A stretch of 64,000 bases of DNA. Source: Octopus sinensis (taxonomy: Eukaryota). How positions within the stretch are numbered: position 1 is the stretch's first letter; every line of letters begins with the position of its first letter. The stretch lies in assembly GCF_006345805.1 (NCBI RefSeq), contig NC_043015.1, positions 33,170,001-33,234,000 on the forward strand, in the 5' to 3' direction. The translations under genes were made by a program, and so were the position numbers. Shown here piece by piece: positions 48,869 through 61,583 of this stretch. Below the pieces are notes generated by a model. The model had not been told where the DNA came from. It searched no databases and was given only the letters and a program-made list of their open reading frames with translations.

Positions 48869-51185
48869 TTTATATATATATATACATACACATGTTTTTG
48901 TTTGTTTTGTGTTACAAAAACAAAACACTTTACAATACACCCTTGTGTTAGAAGTGTGTAGAATGTCATATATATATATATATATATGTATATATTTGTA
49001 ATGTAAACAGGGTTTATATATTTGGACTTAAATATTTTGTCCAATTGATACGGCTGACCAATTCATCTGTGGATGTTTAATTCTCAACACAATCGACCGA
49101 CCGAGCGGTTGATTGTACAGAACATCTCAGTCAGGATATATAAATCTTGTTTATCTTTAAATATAATAAACTTTTGTATGTATTTAAGTGTGTATGTGTG
49201 TGTGTGAGCGCTTATAAGTATTAATATATAAAAAGTATGAAAGGTGGCCAAAATAGGGAGTAAAAGAAGAGGAAAATGATAGAAAAAGATGAAGAATCAA
49301 TAAATAGATGGTGTTTAATGGCCAAAATAATGGAAAAGTGAGTGAGAGAAAAAGATAGGTGGATAGACTGATAGATAGATAAATAGGTATTGAGGGATAG
49401 GTTGATAGATAAAGAGTAATAGAATGAAGATTAAGGGTTTTTTCAAAAGTGTAAATATTACCTTGAGGCAAGTTAATATTCTCATGGAAAGATCAATAAT
49501 AATAATAATAATAATAATCAGGATAATGATTTGTTTTTATTTGCCACTGGATGAAGGGGAACAGTTTCTAACTTTGGTGCTGGGCCAGAAGTTTGTAGGT
49601 GAAGGGTTTAATAACAGATTAAACCAACTGCCAGTACTTCAATGGTACTTATTTTATCAACCCCCAGAAAGATGAAAGGCAAATTTGACCCCTAAATATT
49701 GCAAGGCATTTTGTCTAACATTCTCAATTCTGCTATTCACTGCACTTAATAAGAATAATAATGGTTTATTTCTTACATAATTGTTTGTGGAAACTCATAA
49801 TCATTTGAAATGTTTCAGGTTCTCGAGTTATGAGAAGCAATATTCCTTGCTTTTCAGAGATCTCGGGTTACTGCTTTGTCAATGACTTGAACTCGGATTG
49901 CTGACTTTGCTTCTTAACATCTGATCAGCTTTTCCCCACCACAACAATTGTGAGGATTTCCTAGATAGACCACAAACATACTTTTAGTAGGACAGGGGAA
50001 CTGGGAATGTGTGAGGTTCATGCCTTATCTGAAAGTATTAAATGACACAAGCAATTCGAATAAAAACCTTGATTTCCCACAGCCACAGTGAGAGGAAACT
50101 GAAAATGGTCAAATTAATCTGAAGTTGTTACTGAGAGCAGCAGCATTTGGGTTTCTCAGTCAATGTGACAATCATTTATCACATTGCACAAATTTATAGT
50201 GGTGTGGTATTTACCTCAATATATAAATTTCTTCAGCCTCAGAAGGTTGAAAGGCAAAGTCTACCTTGGCAGGATTTGAACTTAGAAAGTAAGAAGTCAA
50301 AGCTAAATAATGGTTTCAAATTTTGGCATAAGGCCAGCAATTTTTGGGGAGGAGGGAGTAAGTTGATTACATCAACCCCAGTTCTTGACTGGTATTTATT
50401 TATTTTTACCTCAAGCTAACCTCAGTGGAATTTGAACTCAGAACGAAATGCTGCTAAACATTTTATCCAGCATGCTAACGATTCTGCCTTAAAGTGATAA
50501 CTAAATAATGTTAGGCATTTCTCTGGTATCTACTCTCACATCTTAACAATCAACATTTTGAAGTCACCTTTTTTCCAAACTGGACAAGACTTCCTACAAC
50601 TGGTTGCTCTTCCTGTTGCTAACTCTTATCTGCTTTTAAAGTAAGGAACTTTTTTTTCCAATGGGCTTCACATTTTGAAACCAGAGTCACATGACGTATT
50701 GTTTACAAAGATATAAACATGACATCATTATTCAAGAGATTTCAAAAGAAAACTGAAAATAAACATCCCTACTAACACCTTTGATGGGCTTCTGTATAGT
50801 TTCCATCCATCCACCAATTTCACTCGCAACATTGGTTGGGCCAAGGCTATCTTAGAACACACTTGCCCAAGGTGCCAATTAAATTGACCTGTGTATTTCA
50901 AGTGGCTGAATGTAGTAAGATGAAAGGCAAAATTGACCTTTACTGGATCTGTATCAAAAACGAAAAAGGGACATAACTGAACACACCCTTTAGCTTTCTC
51001 TATCTGAAACTCTGCCGTCCTTCTCCCGTAATTTCCAATGTTTAACTTGGAAATTTGGTTGGAATTGGTACCAGAAGTTATTCCAGTCATGTTTCCATTA
51101 TTTTGTCATTGAAAATGAAATTGTCTGAACTAAATAATAATAATTGCAGCCTAAATAATAATAATAATAATTTGTTATTTTCCAG

Positions 51186-51291
51186 CCTGAATCTCAAATG
51201 GAATGAAGAATTCTTGTTGATATGTTTCAAAGTGGTGGATAACAAAGCAAATGCAGATCCACTGGGCCCGGTGCAGCACACACAAGACACA
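51186..51291 (+). CDS. Candidate 106-nt exon (phase 2 to 0)
   Basis: tttgttattttccag| ... ACA|gtgagt; the only open frame is LNLKWNEEFLLICFKVVDNKANADPLGPVQHTQDT. Confidence 0.4.
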
Positions 51292-52048
51292 GTGAGTAAT
51301 TGTTGCTGACAATTTATTACTTAACCTAATTCCACAGATTTTTAGGATGGCATGGAATTGTATGATGAGGGACTCAAGTGAAATCATTTCAGCTAGGAAT
51401 TAAAATCCTCATGCCACTGATCTGAAACCCCGCTTGCTCGGAGATCCATAATAATAGGATGACAAGGGGAAGACGATAAGAGATTAGTATTATAAAACAA
51501 AAAGGTTGATGCCACATGTTAAAACACTTAACTCTCACTGGCTCAATATGTGTAGGTGTAGATAGGTACAATGAAGAGGTAAATATTGTTGTGAGTTTTT
51601 ATTCTAGAACTTTTATTACTAGGTTCAAATCCTGCCAAGATTTACTGGAATCTCGCAAGATTTAAACAACGGTAATATAGTCAAGTGTCACAATGTCAAC
51701 ATGGGTTGTTTCCACTGGGCAAATAACTTTTCATGCAGCTGAACAAAGTATAGACATTGTGATAACCCTTATGTCATTATTAAACACTGCCTAGAGAAGG
51801 CAACAAGAAACCATTCTTGTAAGTCTTCTCCAGAGACACCATGATAATTCAGCAGATTTGACACTGGAGAATGTTATCATAAGAAACCTTTCGAAACCTC
51901 TCCAACAGAAGGAAAATGTTCCAGCTGCAGACATTCCTCTGGGAGATTCTGTTAATTTAATTTGTAATCACTATTAGTTTGGTTTTGGAATAATTCTCAA
52001 GTAATTCAAACCCTGGAATTGGTATTTTAGAAAACAATAAGAGGAAGG

Positions 52049-52079
<31 letters not shown>

Positions 52080-53710
52080 GTGTGTGTGTATTTACAGTGT
52101 TTTCACATCAACTTCACTGGAATAAGTTGTGTAATTCTTTGGGCAAAATGTCTTTCAAGAAACAATTAGGGATGTTTTCTTTTTATGACAAATTCTTCAA
52201 CCATAGAACTGTTTATCAGGTAAAGTAAGATAGGTCTGACAATACGCACCCCAGTGGAGAGGCCTGGAAGTATGTAAGGTTGACCCATATCAACCCATTA
52301 CCAGCCATAACTTGTGAAAGTATTCTCTGAAGATGAAGGTTTGGACAATATACTTCTTTAGGATCAAAATTTTGAATTCATCAACATTGACAACAACAGT
52401 AATTTTGTATCCAGTTTCCATGTTGGCATGGATTAGATAGGTTTCCATAGCAACATTACAGTGAACACACTAAAGTAGAGGCAAAATTTAATTGATCTAA
52501 GACCATACATTGGTTTTAATTCCCATTTAGATCACCTTTTTTGTCCCCTTATATATACCTCTTGTACTCCTGAGAAAAGCATGAATGTAGCAAATTCATA
52601 TTCCTCTCAGCAGCTTTTAGATATCTGGAAATGTACCAAAGTAAGCAATCAACTCTGATGACTTTTTGGGGATGTAAATCTCCAGTTGACCTAGTAGACT
52701 GGTGATGCTTATGTCACTAACACTTTAGGAAAGGCATGAATGATACAACTTCCAGTTTCTCCCTTCCTAGATTTTCCAGGCTTCGTTTCTAATTAAATCA
52801 TAACATAGACCATATATCATCTTGGCAGTGAAATAATTAAAACAAAGCAGAATTATTTATTGATTAATATAGTTTATATTGTAGGGGGGTAGGTGTGTGT
52901 GTGTGTGTGAAAAGATTTACCCATTGGGTAAATATTCTTCAATGCAGATGGAAGTGTTAAGCCTCCACTGGTTTTCTTTTTAAGATAAAACAAAGTGTGT
53001 TAAGGCAGTTAGTTCATCAGGGGCAGAAAGTAGTTAGGTTCCAGTGGTTACCCCTAATTCTTATATGTTTCAATAGAAACACACATATGTCTATTTAATG
53101 CCAATGTCACACATCATCTATTGAATTTTTGTTTGTTGCTTTCTTAATATTTTGTAGAGTTTATTTTTGCTGCTCTTTCTACCCCCAACTATTGTTCAAG
53201 TACTTTTGTTTTAAGTAGATTATTAAATTTTTATAAAAGCAAATATTTACTAACATAAACAACCACCATGATCACTTGTCCCTTTCCGTGTTTATTTTTA
53301 CATACCTTCTTTCCATTTTGGTAAAATATCGATGCACCATATAACTATTAACCCTTTAGCATTCAAACTGGCCATTTCGGGGCCCAAATATATTCTCCCA
53401 GTTTTGTGTTCAAACTGGCTTGATCCAGCCTCTCATGCCTACCCAACAATATCATTCTAAATATAAACTAGTACATCATCAAAATCTCAAAAGCTATGTG
53501 ATAACACTTGATTAATTTAAAGCAAGATGAATATATAAAACCTAACATCTGACCAAGTAATCTGAAGACTGAAGGGTCAAACAAGACACTTCAGGCCATT
53601 GAATGTTGGCTGTTTTGATTCTCTGCCATGGCCTTCTTTTAATTGCAGTTATACTTAGTTGGGTAAAAAAAAAAAAAAAGAAATCACAGGGTATTTTCTC
53701 ACCCGCTTAG

Positions 53711-53817
53711 GATCTGAAGAAGACACAAATAAGGGATCCCAACTGTCTCAAGTGGCTTATCGCATCCTAGTGCTTCCACCAGTGTTGGTGATACTGTTGA
53801 CAACAGGTACCAGTTAA
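53711..53817 (+). CDS. Candidate phase-1 exon with hydrophobic, GPI-signal-like C-terminus
   Basis: tattttctcacccgcttag|; the only open frame is (G)SEEDTNKGSQLSQVAYRILVLPPVLVILLTT, then either donor CAG|gtacca (53806) or GTS*. Confidence 0.4.
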
Positions 53818-56800
53818 ACCACCACTGGAAGGACATGAAAGAACCTGTCCTTTTAGATGCATCGTATCTAAAAAGAAGAATAAAGTGATCATGGCTGGTA
53901 TGGCCCTTCGTTATGAAACAACATGGACCTGCAGTTCCATTGTAACAGAAGGGTAAAAGCTTCAGTTCCATGTTTCATAATTTGTCTTGACTGAATGTAT
54001 GTATATCTCTTGTCAAAGTACAGTGGAGTACCTTGTTGAAGAACTCAATGTCTGTTGTGTGGTATACTAAAATTATGGATCCTATACAAACAAACCACTG
54101 ACCCCTCACGCAAGTTGAAAGAAATATTTATATATAAGAACGAAAAAAAAAACACAATTTAAATTATGATTAAAATGAACAAGTAACAAAAATATAACAA
54201 CACAAAAAGAAAGGTTCATTGAATATTTCTCCAAATTTATTTGGATTTATGAGGAAACACTGAGACAAAACATGAAGACAACCACCAGCCATGGTATATG
54301 AAAAGAAATATTAAAGGTTCTAGTGGGAGCGCTGTTCCATGGGGGGGGGAGGAATGCTTATAAAACAAATCAACCAGTATACATGGATATTAAACCGAGT
54401 AAGTTATGAGAGAACTGATGGTGGTGGTTGTAGAAATGACAGTAGTTGTGACAGTATAATGAGCAGGGGACATAAATATATGCTGTCTTAGCTTGGTACT
54501 TCAGAGTGGGAAGTTGTTGAAAGAGAAATCTTCATCCTGGGTAGGACACCAGTTTATTACTGGTTAACATTTGAGAATCAATTGTTGTGCCTCAGATGGA
54601 CAGAAGACCAGTATTGGGAGAATGATCAACGAAAGGGCCAGGAGTCAAAAGTGTAAAAAAAGCAGTTTGACCGTTTGTTTACTCAGTCAACTCAGCTGGA
54701 CCTTGGCAATAGCAGAGTTATTTTCAACAGCTTCTACATGGGGGGGGGGGGGAGGGAAAACATGGTGGCATGTTTGGGAAAAGATAACTTCCTTCTCATT
54801 TCTCCCTAGAATTGATGAAGCAATGAGCAAACAGGTGGCGTTGAGGTGGGGGTGAATAGAACATTCCGGTCTTCTCTGTCCCTCACCTCACTTGTAAAGA
54901 AAGAGAAAGATATGGGAAGATCTTATTCAGGATGAAGGCTCATCCATGCAAAGGGCAGACAATCATAGTTGTAGAAAATAGCAGTGTACAGTAATTTGGA
55001 GTCAGCAGTAGAGGCGGGATAGATATATATATATATAGAAACATTAGAACATTTCTCTCAAATTTTGGTACAAGATCAGTAATTTGAAGGTAGGGGTTAG
55101 TCAATAGTATTCACTCCAGTACTTGACTGGTACAATATTTTGCGAACCTCACCCTAATTTGAACTCAGAATGTAATGAGTCAGAAGAAATACTGCAAAGC
55201 CTTTTTCCGCCTGACACTCTAATGGGTCTCCCAGCTCAAGGCAGAACTGTTGTGGCAAACGCAGTGGAACGCTTGACTGAATGTAATACACATGCCAGTT
55301 TAATCAATTCACGTCCTTGAGGGTATCAGTTACGTTCTGAGGTAAAGAAAATAGACTACAGCCACCCAGCCCTTAAGACATTGCAGATATTGGTTTCACA
55401 TTTTGACACAAGGCCAGCAATTTCATAGGAGGGGGGGTAAGTCAATTACATTGACCTCAGTGTTCAACTGGTGCTTAATTTATTGAGCCCAAAAGGATGA
55501 AAGGCAAAGTCGACCTCAGCAGAATTTGAACTTAAAACATAAAGATGGGTGAAACGCTAAACCCTTTGCCAGGTGGGCCAACGATTCTCACAGCTCTCCA
55601 CCTTCATTATTGCAGATATCAATAATTATTCTGTTTCCTTTCCTAGTTTTAAAACATTCTTTATTTTCAAGATAGAGTTTTAGGGACTCAGGGTTTTTAC
55701 TCATTAACAGGTTCCAGTCATGTCAGGGCAGCATTATCTAAAATATCAACATTTGTAATGTTTGGAGTTATTCCATATATAATTCACCAAGTTGGATATA
55801 AATTATTATGATAACCTTTTTCTTTACAAAATTTTTCAAAATCTTACTTTTAACAGAGATAACTTTGTTGGAAATTTGAATGCCATAAAAAACATGAAAA
55901 ATTAAGAAAATCAGTTGAATGAGGTGTGAGATGACAAATTTATAACAGAGACAAATACAGGTAAGAAGCATTCATTTTAAATATTGGCATAACATCTAAC
56001 TCAGATTTCTACAGCATGGGCATAGACAATCTAACTGACCCTCACTACATTACTTGTTTTAATTATACTCACTTCAGAAGGTTGAAAGGTTAGATCAACT
56101 CCAAAATAATGTTATATTTAAATGGTTGATAACCAAACCAGTCACTTCAGTATTAACACAAGACAATCCCCATCTAAGAAGCCTGGTTCCAAGTATTGCT
56201 TGAGAAATAAATTCAACACTATTATTAATTCTAGATAGAAAAGCAGAAACCATTTCTCTGGAGTTATGTTAAAACCCACTGAAATAAACAGTCAATCAGA
56301 GTAAGGGTTTGATGGTTATGTTGGGAATTTAAACCATTATAGGCCTTCCTGTATTCAGCAGAGTGGGGGGTTAACGCCCAGCATGAAATGATGATGTCAG
56401 ATAACACTACGAAGAGTAGATAATTCTAAAGATATCACACCCACATTGAGTTCATGGAAAAATACTAAGAAGCAGAAATGGGTTTTCACTGTTTGCTGTT
56501 TCATAGAACTAAAATAGAACAGTGATGTGTAGATGGGAGACATGTTTGCTTCACAAGAATGAAGATAATGGTAGGCTTTCCTGTCATATAACTTCACCTG
56601 GGTACATCTGTTGTCTCATAAATTCAATTGGTTATATTTATTTTCACTGCTCTTACTCGGTCTCATTTTCACCAGGTGTTCTATCTACCCTGTCATGAAA
56701 CTTCACCAGGGTACATCATCGCATCAATAAACACTGCTGTATCCATAGGTTTACTCCTGGATACATTGATTCAATACTTTTTTCTCCACTGCTCTATCCT

Positions 56801-57030
56801 AGGTTAACCCCCAAACCAGGAATCCTAATCTCTCCTCCTTATCTAATGATACAAACAGTCCTTACCATAAAGAAATAAATGCAATGGAACAGATTCCAGT
56901 CCAGAAATTACTTAAAGAACTAACCATCCGCTCCTTAATTTGAAATTCTGTTTACAAACATTTTTATCAATGTCAGAAGTCAAAAATATGATCGTTCTAG
57001 AGAATTAGTTGAGATTTTTTTCATGTAAAC

Positions 57031-57309
57031 TAGTGGTTCTTAACCATTTTTTACTTGGACCATAGCAATTCAGTTTAAGAACTAATTTTATAGATACTTC
57101 TTTCAAAATTCCTATTTTGCTATTCACTCATTCACTTGTATAGGTTGAACTATGTAAAATAGAGAAAGAAACCTGTTTCTTGCAGTACCTACAATTAAAC
57201 TAAAACTTTTCCTGGACCTTTAAAATAACTGTGGATCTCAAGTTTACTATTTTGCAAGCATGGACAACCCTACCCCAAATCTTATAGGGATCCCAGTTGA
57301 GAACCACTA
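57031..57309. mobile_element. hAT-type MITE (same family as 30025-30355)
   Basis: TIRs TAGTGGTTCTTAAC / GTTGAGAACCACTA (1 mismatch); TSD not recognisable. A more decayed relative may lie at ~5274-5450. Confidence 0.75.
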
Positions 57310-57959
57310 AACTATCGAAGATAATTGTTTTTAACATAGGCAGAAGGTTTGAAATTTGGGCAAAGGGATTAGTTAATACTGTTGACTAACACTTGACTGG
57401 TACTTATCTTATTGACCCTGAAAGAACGAAAGGCCAGGCTGACTTGGTGGGATTTGAACTCAGAGCATAAACAGCATGGCCTGGTCTCAGGTTCAGTCCC
57501 ACTACATAACACCTTGGGCAAATGTCTTCTACTACAATCTCAGGCTGACAAAAGCCTTGTGGGTGAATTTGGTAGACAGAAACTGAAAGAAGCCTGTCGT
57601 ATATACGTGTGTGTATGTTTGTGTTTGCTCCCAATCACCACTTGATAACCAGTGTTGGTTTATTTATATCCCTGTAGCTTAGCAGTTCAGCCAAAGAACT
57701 GATAGAATAAGTACCAGGTATATAATAAAATAAAAAAAAAAGTACTAGGGTTGATTCATTCAGCTAAAAATTCTTCAAGGCAGTGCCCCAGCATGGCCAC
57801 AGTCTTTTGACAGAAACAAGCTGGAAAACTGCAAGGCATTTTCTGCAGTGCCTTAACGATTCTGCCAATTGCCCACCTTCCAAACAAAACAAAGCTCCAA
57901 ATGCCCCACCCCTCTAAATTGGCAGAAAGTAGACATGAAGTAAAAGAATACAAATTTTT

Positions 57960-59988
57960 AAAGTAAATTCTTTTAATTTTTTATTTCAAAGATAAGGTTT
58001 ACGAAATAATTTTAAGAAATAATTAATAAACAATATTCTTTACAAATATATGCAAAATAAAAATAATAAAATAAAAGGTTAAAAAAAAACATTCTATATT
58101 CAGATGACAAAAAAAAATTACCCCAAGAAATAAAAAAAGTTCTATATCCTTAAACAAATAATAATAAACAAAAACATCCCCGCCCCTCCCTCACAATGGA
58201 TGCTACAGTAAACGGGTTTTCTTCTTCCTCATTCACAGAAATATCGAGTAAAGGCAATGAACCCCATGGATATCAACCATGGAGATTGAACCTCTCAACT
58301 CTGATTGAAGGGAACAATGATGGTGGGGATTATTTCGGGGGGGTCAGCTAGCAGCCAGCCACCACAGATCTCAGCAGTAAATTAACAAGAGAAGAAAAAG
58401 TATGAGGTGTCAACATAAGAGAGGAGGAGGGCGAAGAGAGAGAGAGAGAGAGAAATGGTGAACAAATGATGAGACACAATGATGATGATGATGATGATGA
58501 AGTGAAAAAATGAGAAGTAACACTCCTCCCTATTTCTCTCACACTCTCTAAGAGCAACACTTCCCACCCACTCTGGTGGTAGAACTGGACATCCCAGTGG
58601 TGCTGGTGGCACACTGGGACATCACAAACTAGAAATGTGCACTTGAGGGCAGGGTGGAGAAAGAAAGGTGGCAGTGGTGGTTGAGAGAGATGGTGAGTGA
58701 GCAAGAGATGCGGTAGGGGTGGTGGCACACTTAGAATACGAAAACACTAAAGAAAGCCGAATGAAAGGAAAAAAAAAAAAAATCTTGGCAAATTAGGTGT
58801 GAAATGATTAGGGGGTGGGGATAGGAGGAGGAGCAGAAAAGGAAAGGTGTGTGTGAATACATACATACATATACACACTCACTTATTTATTTTGGTGAGT
58901 CTCTTGCTACTCGTGGGTACACAAGGTCTTCAAGTAAGTGTTTTTGAGTTGTAACTTGCCTGATGACCCCCCCCCCCTCCCGTGTACCCAAACATGAAAC
59001 TCAGGGTAGCAAGAGAGTGTCACGCATAAAATAAAATGTTATTAATCTCTTACTATGGTATCAAGTACTTTTTCTCCTGACAGTCAACACTAAGCGGTTG
59101 TGTGTGTGTGTTGTGAGAATCTACATCAAAGTGGGGAGTGGGGGGTGTGCTGAGAAACACAGGGGTGGGGAGATAATAGTTTGTTTTTTTTTAATTAAAA
59201 AAAAGAAGAGAGTTGGTAGTGTTGAAGTTAGAGGTGTAGCATTTATGACCCCCAAACATGTAGCGTATTAGTGCAGCAAACCCTTTCTGATTGTTTATTG
59301 TCATTAGGTGTTTTGAGATGATGTTGAGGAGGGGGGTGGGGTAGTGACAGTGTAATGATTAAATTTGGCTTTTTTTTTTATCAAATTTCCTTGTCCTCCT
59401 CCCCTCCTCCTCATCATCATCATGAAGGTTGTCTTAATTATTAAGCAGATGCAAGAAGAGGGTAGGAGAAAAGAGGAAACAGCTACAACAAGGCGCTTCC
59501 GATTCTGACTCTAAACTGCTGGCCCTTCGACCCCCGCCCACACTAACAATTGCCTGTGACGACCCCCACCTTCCATTCAAGTACTGGGGGTTGCAGTAAA
59601 AAGTAGCTGAACTGGACATTTTAAGTTGAGATAAAGGTGTTTTTTTTTATTTTCCTACAGACATGATAGCCCCACCCACAAGTACATAGGCTAGATTATC
59701 AAATATTCACATACACACACACATGTATATACATAGTACGTACATGTGTGCATGTATGTGCAAGAGTATTATATATATATATTTATACATGTATATATAT
59801 ATATATATATAGTGATAGAGAAATAGATAGAGAGATTTGTAGATCTGGTGGGTATTATTTTTATCAAACATGCCACACTCAAATTGTAATTTTAAATTCT
59901 TTCATTTTTAAAACTTTGTACCAGGTACAGGTAAGTTTAATTTCCCTTTTTTTAATTATATATTTCCCCTTTATTATATATATATGTG

Positions 59989-60031
<43 letters not shown>

Positions 60032-60406
60032 GTATATATATATATATATATATATTTATACATGTATATATATATATATATAGTGATAGAGAAATAGATA
60101 GAGAGATTTGTAGATCTGGTGGGTATTATTTTTATCAAACATGCCACACTCAAATTGTAATTTTAAATTCTTTCATTTTTAAAACTTTGTACCAGGTACA
60201 GGTAAGTTTAATTTCCCTTTTTTTAATTATATATTTCCCCTTTATTATATATATATGTGTGTGTGTGTCTATATATATATATATATATGTATGTATGTGT
60301 ATATATATATATATATATATGCATGTATATTGTTATTGAAAATTTTGCTTTGCTTTGCATGTTGTTTTCAATCTTTTCCAATTTAGATAATCATAAAAGA
60401 TGAATT
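57960..60406 (-). other. dlg1: Probable dlg1 3'UTR with AATAAA at 57980-57985
   Basis: SINE-free unique sequence following the stop, U-rich on the minus strand, with AATAAA just before SINE-rich DNA resumes (~57900). Other AATAAA hexamers occur more proximally, so the end is inferred. Confidence 0.5.
59770..60320. repeat. ~270-bp tandem duplication in the dlg1 3'UTR
   Basis: Unique core agtgatagag..gtgtcta occurs at 59811 and 60082 (offset 271); the copies appear to differ only in (TA)n lengths. Confidence 0.95.
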
Positions 60407-60513
60407 TCAGAGTTTTTCCTTGGCTGGCACCCATATTGTTGGTCCTGACTGGTCACGGATCACTTCTTTGACCTTTGCATAGATTTCATCAGCTGTGTCC
60501 CCTTGTACGACAG
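60407..60513 (-). CDS. dlg1: dlg1 last coding exon
   Basis: (S)[34 protein letters not shown], the typical DLG1 C-terminus ending WVPAKEKL. Acceptor ctctcccttctctttcag|, stop TGA ending at 60407. Confidence 0.97.
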
Positions 60514-61463
60514 CTGAAAGAGAAGGGAGAGAGAAGTTGACATAAAGTGACAGCAAACAGTGGAGAGACGGAGCTAAGGTTAGCAGGAATTGATCCGAAC
60601 AGAGTCCCTGAAGAATGAAACTCTCCAGGGATAAGACACTGGGGGAAAATACGAACAATAAGGTAGGTGTGATGACAGTTTTGTAGCTAGACACAGTGAT
60701 CGAATGGGAGAAGAAAGAGGGTATAGCTCAATGTTGGATCACAAGGATAGTCTAATGCTGTATATAAGACAATAGATTCTTGGATGGTGGACTTAATAGG
60801 CTGTCCAGTTTCACTCTACAATGTGGTTTTTGGGTAGCTTCAGCAGAGCTCATTGATGCAAATATCAGGGCCAGATCTTCAATGCCATCCACTTTTAGAG
60901 GTCCAGGTAGTGAATCAAGCTACATCAATTTCATCAACCTGAAAGAAAAGCCTGAAAATGTGACGACCACTCTCCCTTCTGTTCTAAGTTATTTAACAAG
61001 AATGATAGGAAAAAACCCTTCCTTCCCAAAATTTGGTCATAAATCTGAGGTGGTGTAAAAACAAACACACACTTCACTGACCACATCTAAGTAAAAACTG
61101 CCCGTCTGCAGTGGGAGGCAAGCAGCTGAACCATGTCTATACTAATGTTACCACACAGAATGTCATGATATGGAAATGATCAGAAGTTCAGAAATGGCAA
61201 CTCCATTGTAGATATGGAACGAAATGCAGAATTTATAAATTCGTTTAAGAAGACAACTAATTGCAAATAAATTATAGCTCTAGGAAAAAAAATGCCCTGA
61301 CAATCCCAAGTTTACTTGGTTTTCCAGACCACTGAGAGCCCTGGTCATTTTGGCCACTACCATTCGTGGTAGTGATTCTTGATTTTCCTGGGAAAGAGAA
61401 CCTTACAGTGAAATAATGTGGCAAACCAGTCGGGAAGTCGAGGCAGCAACAGTTAAACAACGT

Positions 61464-61583
61464 AGGAGACGACGACTACTTACATGTGAAATAAGGAGAC
61501 GACGACTACTTACATGTGAAATAAGGAGACGATGACTACTTACATGTGAAATAAGGAGACGACGACTACTTACATGTGAAATA
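61464..61583 (-). repeat. 4 x 30-bp tandem repeat of the dlg1 exon/intron donor junction
   Basis: Minus-strand unit TATTTCACAT|GTAAGTAGTCGTCGTCTCCT; GT donors at 61573, 61543, 61513, 61483; one substitution at 61533. Confidence 0.97.

Noticed and set aside
48990-49050. Alternative dlg1 last exon at a minus-strand ccacag| acceptor (YELVSRINWTKYLSPNI*)
   Set aside because: No pyrimidine tract, adjacent to repeat-like sequence, and the frame is short.
51186-51291. C2-domain call from LNLKWNEEF
   Set aside because: Only the NPxWNEEF-like motif resembles C2; strand spacing is too short and the Ca-binding Asp pattern is missing.
58348-58728. 126-aa minus-strand ORF in the dlg1 UTR
   Set aside because: Low-complexity, spans (GA)n/(ATG)n repeats, and has no suitable acceptor or homology.
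59928-59936. Perfect plus-strand donor CAG|GTAAGT (duplicated near 60199)
   Set aside because: No matching upstream exon found; one such 9-mer is plausible by chance in 64 kb.
61464-61583. CRISPR-like 30-bp direct repeats
   Set aside because: The units are contiguous with no spacers, no cas genes are present and the context is a eukaryotic intron; it is a splice-junction VNTR.
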